This document shows positions 13,214 to 23,571 of a DNA stretch of 64,000 nt, piece by piece. This stretch comes from Ylistrum balloti (lineage: Eukaryota): positions 496,001 to 560,000 of the forward strand of contig NW_026782592.1 in NCBI RefSeq assembly GCF_031769215.1, written 5' to 3'. The translations under genes were made by a program, and so were the position numbers. A model generated the notes under the pieces. The model was not told the DNA's origin. It did not search any database and saw only the letters and a list, made by a program, of their open reading frames with translations. Within the stretch, counting starts at the first letter, position 1. Each line of letters opens with the position of its first letter.

Positions 13214-14063
13214 TATTTCATGACAGAGGTCTCGAAATTTACGAACGTATGATTTGATATGAAAACGTGTCCCTAGTGAGACTTATCTAGAATAGATTGA
13301 TTCTGAAACCATTCACTTCGTCTGCAGAAATTTCAAAAACTTTCGAAACGAAAATTGATGATAGGATGGTATTTTTACAATTGAGATTGTTGATCAGCGT
13401 TTGTCTCGGTAGCCGTGGTGGTATGCACTGATTGCCCATACAAGCTTGAGATCACTCTCATCTAGAGATGAAAATGGTGTCTGTTGGTTTCCCCTGTGGG
13501 ATTTATTCAAACATCCCAAACATTATCAGCATCACTACTTCCGTTCTACAGAGCCATGATTGAACTTGCAAACGATGTAGAATAATGGTTCACTTATTGG
13601 AGTTTAAGTAGTTTACTTGCATTAAAAGTACTCTTCTACTGCTGTAAATGTATCGGCGTCCGATTACGATTAATTCTATTTATAATTTATTGCCTAATTA
13701 ATTAATTGTATCATGTAATTGATTAATCAAATGTCTTTTTCGATAATTCAATTTATAAAATGGTTTCTTTAAGTATGATATTACGATTCTCTGGAAAGAT
13801 TTCACATGAACAGATATTAAATGGCATTCACCTCGCATCAACTATTGCGTGTGAGAAGCTTTGTCTTGATTTGTAGGCGCCGAATGATAGCCTCGTAGGT
13901 TTAAAAGCGTTCTCAGATAACACACACAGTTTAAATGATGGATGCACAAGTGAAAGAATTAGACTTAAAATACTTCATCTATCAATTTGACATCCATTGT
14001 TACCTCGTAATACAATTTTCAATTCGAACTTCAATCTAATTAGGAAGGATTGCCTTCAAAAGG

Positions 14064-14483
14064 ACAGTAAGTAACTGTAGACACAATACGGTACCGACTG
14101 TAGTGTCTCACTACTGATACAGTCAGTTACCGTAGACACAATACGGTACCATCTGTAGTGTCTCGCACTGATACAGTCAGTTACCGTAGACACAATACGG
14201 TACCATCTGTAGTGTCTCACTACTGATACAGTCAGTTACCGTAGACACAATACGGTACCGTCTGTAGTGTCTCACTACTGATACAGTCAGTTACCGTAGA
14301 CACAATACGGTACCATCTGTAGTGTCTCACACTGATACAGTCAGTTACCGTAGACACAATACGGTACCATCTGTAGTGTCTCGCTACTGATAAAGTCAGT
14401 TACTGTAGACACAATACGGTACCGTCTGTAGTGTCTCACTACTGACACAGTCAGTTACCGTAGACACAATACGGTACCGTCTG
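14064..14483. repeat. 54/55-bp minisatellite, about 7.5 copies, each with an internal stem-loop
   Basis: gtagacacaatacggtacc recurs at 14077, 14132, 14186, 14241, 14296, 14350, 14405 and 14460. Confidence 0.97.
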
Positions 14484-17066
14484 ATTAGTTTTCACGTCTT
14501 TTACCACAGCAAATGGCTGCCTTCCTCTTGATTGAGAACTAATGTGGTGAAAATGTTCTACCATGTCACTAATTGTCAATATTTTATTTCATTCCCTAAT
14601 CAATGTTTCCATGCCCAGTGGTTTCGCTGCAACGTGACAAGGATAAGATGTCATATCGCCTGTGACGTTATACAGTCCAGGCATATTATGGTCACTTTAC
14701 ACGATATTCACAAATAAATACGAGACGTTAGATGTAGCTTGAACTGCTGTAAAATCGTTAGTCAGCAGAAAAACATCGATATACATCTACACATGAATAC
14801 AAATTGTTAAGCAGAAGACATTGTACCAAAGCTGACAGTGTTGTGTTATATCTATATATACGGATGTCCCCATATAGGAACTAACCACGTTTTATAAATC
14901 TTTCCCTTTAATACGAGTTACTTCCCTTCTTCTTGTATCATGTCTTGTTTTTTTCGTTAAAAACCTTGTATTTTATATGGAATATGTACATTGTAAAGTT
15001 TATGATTATAATCTGAATCTTGAGCTTTATTTTGAAATGTATTTTTTTTTTTTTTAAGTCCGATTTTATTTACAGTAAAGCACGTCTACTTCAATCAATA
15101 ATCAATGGAGTATTCGAACGTCTCTGTTCGTCCTTACCATTGGTCGTAGATGTGTCATAACTTTGGAACAAGGACACTAAAGGCACCAATAAAAGTAACG
15201 ATTAACACATGTGGCACGCGCCGGGTGTTCCGTCATCACAGTCGTCCTGTTCAAGTTATCAAACCAAACGAAACACCTGGGATTTATAGCAGGTGGTAAT
15301 CTGAATTTGATATGTGTTTTAATAAGTTGATAGATTCAAGGTTATTAAAGAATTTGAACTTGTGTGCTAGCATTCCACCATTAATAACCGATGTTTGAGA
15401 ACACTGCGTCCCCGCCTGGACGGGTTTCTACGAAGAAATCCTCTGTTCGTGTTAAACGACACGCGTGCTTACACAGTCCGATTTAGAAAGAGAAACTTGA
15501 TTTATTGGTCAAGTAAGAGGTACAATAAACATGAAAATGAAATTTTACTTACCTGGTTGATCACTGGAACTCAAAGCTGCAATTTCACACCTGTCGAGAT
15601 CACTTTGACCATCGGTCAGATTTTGTCTTTAATACTATCGTTCCTAAGTGTTCACCTTGTCCAGTCCATGGTAGCTGAGAAGTAAAAAGCCATAACAGAA
15701 AGCAGAAACAGAGGTGTTCATATCGTGTCTACTATATGTACAACAGAGATATAACGGTTAACAGCCATCATACACCACGTGTTAACACCTTCATGTATAG
15801 TAAGATTGTAATTCCGGATCGGATTCCGGATTTATCCTGTCTACAAACTAACCCGTTCAGCATCCATGTTACTTACACATACTCCACGGTAAGATGAAGT
15901 ATAGAATTTAGGATTAAAAAAAAACTTCCGACAGATACCACATAGTTTAGTCTACTTTAGGAGGCGGGAAACAGAGGTTTACAAACAGTTGGTGTCTACA
16001 TTGCTTATAGTTATGATGAAGATCCCCCTCCCTGGGTACGGAGGCTGGAGAAAGATATATATATATGTTACCACTGAGAATTGATGCTCGTCTAAAATCG
16101 AATGCGTCGTATACATGCGTTGAGATGGAGAAGAGCCAGTATGAACTACATGGGATTTATCTATACTTACCTATAGGCAAATCAGGAGTCCTAGGTTGAT
16201 AATAGCAGTTTTCCATCCGATTGTCTTTCTCCTGGCTCGCAGTCTATCCTAATTACAGAGCATGTGTCTGACATCCCCAACTCTCTTGTCACTACACGAC
16301 ATATGTAGGTTAATTGCTTTTCACACCTACGATTGCCATTCTACATTGTAAAAACCTCAAATTTGAAGATTTGTATTTCAACTCACATGTGTAGAGTAAA
16401 ATCTACATAATACATCACACTTTTATAAAATACAACGAAATTAACGTTCTTTATAACAACTCCAATAGAAGACGTTTGCCCTTCCGGAACACCTTATCCC
16501 GATTGTTCAAAGGCTGGTTAGAGATAACCAGTGGTCAGTGACAATAATCAATCCTAAATTAAATAAAATTGGAAACATTCTTTATCATTTCACAGCTGTA
16601 GTTTATTTGACACAGGTCATTTTAATACATTTTGAGTGTTTAATTTGCATTTTATATTCTTAGTTCAGTAACAGCAATTTATTTTTTCCCTGACAGTAAA
16701 ATTGGATGGACATTACCTCATTCATAGTCCTTTTGGTATTTATCTTAATCAGTGTCCTGGAATGATTCCGAGTTTAGGTGCCTTGTTCGACAATCCCTAT
16801 CCGTGTCGGTTTGTGTTCCTCATGAAGATGAGAAACGACCAGTCTATACTCACTTAACTTAAACCGCTATTGCCGATATATGACAAACCTCTCTTATAAT
16901 GTTCAGTAAGGTTACCACCAGTTACTAAATGGAGATCCCGCCTCAGATTGACGCTGGTTGGTAACGAGTCGATAAACACAACAAAACAAAACAAATGATT
17001 CAGAGGTGATAAAATCCTGTCACTTAACGGATTTAAATATCACTTTCTTATACGCTTATTGTCAAT

Positions 17067-17400
17067 GGTGTCTGTCTACCGACTAGCTGTATCTGTCTTC
17101 TCAAGGAAGCGTAACGGGTGTCTGTCTACCGACTAGCTGTATCTGTCTTCTCAAGGAAGCGTAACGGGTGTCTGTCTACCGACTAGCTGTATCTGTCTTC
17201 TCAAGGAACCGATTAGCATTATCTGTCTTCTCAAGGTAAACGACTAGCTGTATCTGTCTTCCCCCCCCCTAGCTGTATCTGTCTTCCAAGGAAGCGTAAA
17301 AAAAAAAAAAAAATGTAGTTTCAAGGAAGGTCTTAGATTTATCTGTCTTCTCAAGGAAGCGTAACGGGTGTCTGTCTACCGACTAGCTGTATCTGTCTTC
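17067..17400. repeat. 50-bp minisatellite: about 2.5-3 clean copies, a scrambled stretch, then one more copy
   Basis: Unit ggtgtctgtctaccgactagctgtatctgtcttctcaaggaagcgtaacg starts at 17067, 17117 and 17167. Confidence 0.92.
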
Positions 17401-17407
17401 ATTCCCT

Positions 17408-19100
17408 CCCCCAATAAAAACTTATAGTTTCGGTCTCAGATTTACAGAAAGTACAGATTGGACTATCCACTGTGTTTGCCTTATACAGAATTGAGTTTGT
17501 AGTCAGAATGTTATGTAAAACTCTGTACTGAAACTATTGAATTTAACTTTATTTACGATTTTAAAAAGTAAAGAGAAAAAATGGCTCATGTGGATTTTTC
17601 AATATCAAACTGTTCAGCCCATTTCTTTCTTCCTGCAGAAATTTTAATGTTTAAAAAAAACATTTGTAAATATCATCAGTTCCAATATATACCAACACCG
17701 TATATATCTATAGTAGTTATGTATTAGATAATGTAATTATAATTTTAAACTTAAAAGAAATTATTATTTAGTTTAACCCGGCTCACAATCGTTGAAACTT
17801 ATCACTTTTCATAACATTATCAAAATCTTTTTTCAAAGTCTACACATTTACCGCCAGAGCTAGGAGAGAAAATTTGAAATGAATCCATAGTCTTATGACC
17901 TCCCATGCTTTAAAAACAGCACACCAAAACTTTTTTATCATTTTTCCAGACACTTTTTTATATAGTCACTCCCACTACTCATAGCAATATCAGTATTGAT
18001 CAATCTCATAAATATAATGTTCCACTTACATGTACATGAACATAAAAAAAAATCTCCTAATTCAACCTAGTTTCCGTGCATTGATAAAATCTGAAATATT
18101 TATCATCTTTAAACCACCCTCAAAATAGTTTTCAATTATAATTTTCCCTAGGAAACAGAATCAAAATCTTTTTTCAAAGTCTATCAGAAGAAGCAATCCA
18201 GGTAAATTGTTTTCTTCAGTAAAATTCATTACATCACAGATAAGTTTAGTGTTTTCCCCTAAGTAACGACCTGACAAAAAGCCAGTTTGATCATTGTCTA
18301 TAAGTTTACCTAAAACAGACTTTACCCTATTTGTTATAACCCCAGAAGCGATTTTGTAAACAATATCTAAAAGTGAAATGGTTCGCCAATTTTTCAAAAA
18401 GTGTCTGGGTTTATCTCCCTTTGGTTTACAAGTGATAATTCCTGGTCTTTGTGTAATAGGAAATTCATTTGCAAAATATCCGAAATTTTTAATTGCTTCC
18501 AAAAACATTTGAAAAATTATGCAGTGAAACCGTTCGCGACTGGGCTCTTGTTATTATTATTTTTTATATATTACTAATTGTTTCACCTGCTTCATCTAAT
18601 CTAATAATACCTTCCAGACTTTCTGATTCCACATCATCTATTTTTGGGACGATGAAACCATTCGCAAAATCTGCTAACTGAACATCAAAAACATATTACA
18701 GAAACACCATATAATTTCTCATGAAAATCTCGAACTTCATTTAAAGTTTCAAACTTATCTGTTATCAGCACATTATCTTTCTGTACTTTGAGGATATTTT
18801 TTATGTATAGGTTCTGTTTTCTAAGCCAAACAAGGATCTGGTATGCTTTTTCTCACTCTTCTGTCCATTTTCCCTGGACCTGCCAATACATGTACTACGT
18901 CGTATATCATGTAACCTTATTGTCTATAGTACCTTTTTTCATTAGCCAGCTCAACAACATCAGTAACACCTTATCCTCTAATTCCTGTATGCATTTCTTG
19001 AGACTATCTTCTCAAGTATTTTGTAGTTGCTTTAAGTGGCATGAATATGAGATTGTTTCCCCCCTAATTTCCATCAGTATAAAGTTAATAGAAGACATAT
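17408..19100 (-). mobile_element. Degenerate L1/Tx1-clade LINE ORF2 relic (copy B) with internal deletion of the RT core
   Basis: KSPVANGFTA..FW, then ORF 18161-18508 (PKGDKPRHFLKNWRTISLL..YKIASG..DQTGFLSGRYLGEN..LLLIDFEK). It then jumps straight to EGGLKMINI and ends with FQYRVLHNILTTNSILYK...DSPICTFCKSETETI (zf-RVT/CCHC region). Confidence 0.9.
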
Positions 19101-20301
19101 GTTAACAGAATGGAATTATACTTTAGACATTTATATCATATTATAAAATATCAATATTTTCAAAAACTCTTTATATGAATTCATGTAAGTAAAGCAATAT
19201 TTTTATGTAAGTAGCACATGTTTAAATGTCGACCGTGGAAATGCTGGACTAAATGAGTGTTTAAAGGGAGATAATAACTAGAAAACTATAGACAAATGCA
19301 ATCATACATAATGCATTGCTGCCTAAGGTTGACTAATTACAGGATGGCGATCAATTTCCTGCTACAGTGTTTTCCTAATTAGAAAACAAACGTTTGGGTT
19401 TTTTATGCGTTTAACATATTCAAGTTTATATTTGTATATTTCAGTTCTTACGATTTTTTTTAATAAAAAACTAGAATGAGATGAAAGGAGGAAAGAGTAC
19501 ACTATGAATGAACTAGAATACAGTCGCTGCTACATGTATGCAGCTCGCTTGTTCCAGTCTGTCCTATTTAGTACTTAGCAAATTCTAAAACACGCTGGAA
19601 AAAAAACAAACACAAAAAAAAATGTAACACCATCAATATGTTGCTGTCGTGTTTAAATAGAATTTTACTTGTTTGCTTAGAACACGATCATGATTAAATC
19701 CAAACTGAAGAAAGATCAACATACAAATCTCAGTTTTTGTGATTAATGTCAGTCTGACATCGTATTAGATACACTAGTTCCCTTAATCCTGCCTATACAC
19801 TATACCAAATGTAGACAGTCTGACGTTTTGTGGAGGACAAACCGATTTTCTGACATTTATCAATAGAATTGTTTCAAAGGAACATACTTTTGCCATTCAC
19901 TGAAAAGGGGAGTCTAGTATATAGCTAAATAAATGCAGATAAAAAAGACATTAGTGTGACTTATCTATAATTGTCTGGTAAACTATCACTTATAAAACAA
20001 CCAGTTCCGTTTTTCAACACGGAGAAATTTCGTAGTTCCTTCGGGCATGCTTTACTTACCACAAATACAAATTACATCTCTTTATACTAGAAAATGATGA
20101 AAACCTTACGTGATGCTCTTGTTCATCCTGTAAGTACCGACAACATCGGACGTTTCTATGATTTCTAGATATCATTCTCCTCTAATAGCGAGAAATTATG
20201 TTAAAACCAATCGAAGGAAAACAACACAGTTCCATATTGGTTCTACTGATAACAGAAATTTTCATGAGAATATGTGTAACAGTAGTCATTTCTTATTTAA
20301 A

Positions 20302-20400
20302 TGCCTCCCCTAGGATTCGAACGCGGAACCTCTGGCTTACTAGTCTGTCGCTAAACTGATCGAGCTGAAGAATTGTGGCTAGTATTTACACGGTTACACA
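20302..20400 (-). mobile_element. tRNA-like repeat (CTAGTAA loop, Thr-like); not a functional tRNA
   Basis: A-box-like agctcgatcagtttagc and B-box GTTCGAATCC, but the acceptor and T stems do not pair. Homologous to 46148-46261. Confidence 0.6.
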
Positions 20401-20551
20401 TAATGGATTAAAAAAACGTTAAAATTGTTAAGTTTTAGAAATCTTCTTCATTCAAAACCAAGAAAATGTTTGTCAACAAAGGGATAATATTTTAAATCTA
20501 GTGAAATAATCAGACGCATCGGTATCTGTGTTTCGAATATCTTTGAAATCT

Positions 20552-21558
20552 CTTCAGTTCTTGTCCTTAGAAGTTATAATACCACTTCAGTTCTTATCCT
20601 TAGAAGTTATAATACCACTTCAGTTCTTGTCCTTAGAAGTTATAATACCACTTCAGTTATTGTACTTAAAAGTTATACTACCCCTTCAGTTATTGTACTT
20701 AAAAGTTATGCTACCCCTTCAGTTATTGTACTTAAAAGTTATGCTACCCCTTCAGTTATTGTACTTAAAAGTTATGCTACCCCTTCAGTTATTGTACTTA
20801 AAAGTTATGCTACCCCTTCAGTTATTGTACTTAAAAGTTATACTATCCCTTCAGTTATTGTACTTAAAAGTTATGCTATCCCTTCAGTTATTGTACTTAA
20901 AAGTTATAATACCCCTTCAGTTTTTGTACTTAAAAGTTATACTATCCCTTCAGTTATTGTACTTAAAAGTTATGCTACCCCTTCAGTTATTGTACTTAAA
21001 AGTTATGCTACCCCTTCAGTTATTGTACTTAAAAGTTATGCTACCCCTTCAGTTATTGTACTTAAAAGTTATGCTATCCCTTCAGTTATTGTACTTAAAA
21101 GTTATAATACCCCTTCAGTTTTTGTACTTAAAAGTTATACTATCCCTTCAGTTATTGTACTTAAAAGTTATAATACCCCTTCAGTTATTGTACTTAAAAG
21201 TTATACTACCCCTTCAGTTATTGTACTTAAAAGTTATGCTACCCCTTCAGTTATTGTACTTAAAAGTTATGCTATCCCTTCAGTTATTGTACTTAAAAGT
21301 TATGCTACCCCTTCAGTTATTGTACTTAAAAGTTATGCTACCCCTTCAGTTATTGTACTTAAAAGTTATGCTATCCCTTCAGTTATTGTACTTAAAAGTT
21401 ATAATACCCCTTCAGTTTTTGTACTTAAAAGTTATAATATCCCTTCAGTTATTGTACTTAAAAGTTATAATACCCCTTCAGTTTTTGTACTTAAAAGTTA
21501 TAATATCCCTTCAGTTATTGTACTTAAAAGTTATAATACCCCTTCAGTTATTGTACTT
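20552..21558. repeat. 33-bp minisatellite, about 30 copies
   Basis: Unit cttcagttattgtacttaaaagttatgctaccc. The first three units are a diverged variant. Confidence 0.98.
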
Positions 21559-22369
21559 TGTTTTGTATCAGATTGTTTTCGTATCTCATCAGTCCCACTA
21601 CTTTAATAGTTCCCCATCGTGGCGGGGGGTCGTGGTGGAGACTACCTTTTTACGTAACGACCTTTAGTTGTACTAATTGTATTGTAACGTTAAGAATGAC
21701 TAGTATAGGTGACCCTGACAGGAATGTGGTTTGTACTCATTTCCAGTCAGGTAGATGTTGATAATCTTAATTAGACCGAGCTGTGTCATTGTGCATCCAG
21801 CCGAATGTGTCTGTCTCCCAAACAGAGAGATGTATTGGCTGGAATGTTCTGTCGCCATGACCCCATGACTCCGTGGTATTAATGCTTTAACCCGCAGTTA
21901 AGAACAGTTAATGTTTCAAATCGAGTATGGAGACAAAAGACAGTTACGTTGCGTTCTGGTTCACTTCATAAACTGACTGAAATGTTACGACTTTGTTGAA
22001 AAGTGCTGTTCATTTGCAGGGGTTTGTTTATATATCTATATATTTATTCATGTTAAAAAAAGAACTTAATATCGTGTGAAACTACACATTTTTCTATGTT
22101 GCTAAGATCTAAGCATACTTCTAACAGCATGCATTGTAATATTGTTCGCTTACCACGACCTCTAGAAGGTTCAGAACGGAATGGAACGCGTATATCGTAA
22201 TTACTCGTGCTAGTTTTGTGTTCAAAACTCCAGCTCCCCTCCTTTTATTCTTCTTTTTTATTCCTTCTGTTATGTTCGTTTCATCTGTGACGTTTGAATT
22301 CATATTTACTCTTGTACAGACGACACATCTAGGACATAACAAAAAAAACCTCAAGGAATAACCAACGTG

Positions 22370-22870
22370 TCAACATAATTATAATCCAAGCTTAAATTTC
22401 ATAAAACTAAAGCAAAATATGAACCAAAGAAAGATTCCTGAGATAGTACACGGGGAGTAAGACCACTGTTCCGTAAGAGTAAGCGTCATCTGCTTCAGCG
22501 CCAATACCTGCAATGTAAACCTTGGTCAATCCAAGTATATAATGCTACGTTCTCAAAAGAGAACAAGGTATACAACAACGGAACCAACAGGCAAACCAAC
22601 GGGCTTCCAATACGTCCAGCTTTATATCGTACAAAGAAATAGAATAATTATCAATATCACCTTGGCGACCATAAAACTTCCCTGCAATTTCCATCAACCT
22701 GCTTCTTTTGAAACCCTTGTGTTACGAGTTTGTCCGTCAGTTGATGATTTCTTGCACGAAAATCATGACAATAAGAACAGGTCCTTAACACCATTTGTTG
22801 GGGATGCAGGATTTGGCTATCCAGAAATGGTAAATTCACAGTAGGGAAATCAATATCATGAAGTTTACAT
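22370..22870 (-). mobile_element. Penelope-like retroelement relic (RT C-terminus plus 3' flank)
   Basis: Minus strand gives NLPFLDSQI..RTCSYCHDF..QLTDKLVTQGF and, in another frame, KFYGRQ. This matches the VNFPFL..YSRAC..DF..LLTxKLLxQG..KFYGRH motif of Penelope-type RTs. The flank is homologous to 935-1110 and 57050-57185. Confidence 0.75.
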
Positions 22871-23432
22871 TAACATTAACACTGCAAGATCTGTGTTTTA
22901 AACGTCTCTGATTTTTTTTTAATTTCTGGATTGAAGCATATTGAAAACTTTACCAACCCCTTCCATGTAGGGCGTGTTGAAAGTGCTGTGTTTCAAGACA
23001 TTCTAAGCGAGAAATATCTATTTCCTCTGGTAAAAAATGAGGAAGATGGGGAAAGACAAAGTAGTCTGCTCACAGTCTCTCTGAGCTAGGCCAAGTTAGC
23101 AAACTCAGCAAGACTTTTAGCCTTGCCTGAGTTCGTTCTGTCGGTATCGCCGATAGGAAGCTTAGGTTAATACCTACGGAGTGTACTGAAGGTGTCTGGC
23201 ACCTGTATGTGGATCTACCACCGTCTGTATTTATTCTACTCATTCAGTTGCGTGGTATGTATTTGAAACACCATTCAACTATTTATCTGTATGTAAATCG
23301 TTTACAAAGAGAGATTTTACGGTTCGATGCACTTGACCTACATTTTGTGAGAAGTTGTCGACCTTGTTTGCAGCGGAAGGAGAAAAATAATCACATGCCG
23401 AAGTTGACCTATCGTAACTGCGGAATGCTACA

Positions 23433-23448
23433 AATATGGCGGCCAATG
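23433..23448 (+). promoter_or_regulatory. YY1-type motif (AATATGGCGGC) overlapping CCAAT, just upstream of the ANKRD28-like start
   Basis: Matches the YY1 consensus AANATGGCGGC, typical of the 5' ends of housekeeping genes. Lies about 90 nt before ATG 23530. Confidence 0.5.
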
Positions 23449-23529
23449 GGTGAACCTGTTTCCTGTTGAGCTTAAAAAGTTTGACTGGCACATCGTCTGC
23501 CAATTTAATGCAGAAAATATAGAGTGCAA

Positions 23530-23571
23530 ATGAAGTTGGGAACTTTAGTACTACAACAGCTCGAAGATGAG
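23530..23571 (+). CDS. ANKRD28: ANKRD28-like coding exon 1 ([14 protein letters not shown])
   Basis: First ATG after an in-frame TAA at 23506. Phase-0 donor GAG|GTGAGA fits phase-0 exon 2. Resembles the MAFLKLRDQ N-terminus of ANKRD28. Confidence 0.75.

Larger units (their letters stand above)
11021..13237. repeat. Direct tandem duplication, unit about 1116 bp (11021-12136 / 12137-13237)
   Basis: Near-identical ORF pairs in the track are offset by exactly 1116 (11284 vs 12400; 11354 vs 12470). The junction reads cgaaat|atttttctaatattgtg. Confidence 0.95.

Noticed and set aside
14064-17400. Hairpin-containing repeats as a possible CRISPR-like array
   Set aside because: Units are contiguous without unique spacers, the context is eukaryotic, and no cas genes are present.
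9520-19100. The two Tx1 relics as halves of one split element
   Set aside because: They overlap in RT domains 1-3 and in the GLKMINI region with clearly different sequences, so they are independent copies.
20302-20400. tRNA-Thr(AGT) gene
   Set aside because: Acceptor and T stems do not pair; treated as a tRNA-derived repeat.
21576-21596. Minus-strand CTGATGA-GATAC-GAAA, like a minimal hammerhead ribozyme core
   Set aside because: No stem III, no UH cleavage site and no stem I complement downstream. Other CTGATGA/CTGAAGA hits I checked by eye also failed. An Infernal search would be decisive.
20528-21667. 379-aa ORF of LQLLYLKVMLP repeats
   Set aside because: Translation of a 33-bp minisatellite with a non-ATG start; no domain and no non-repetitive coding flank.
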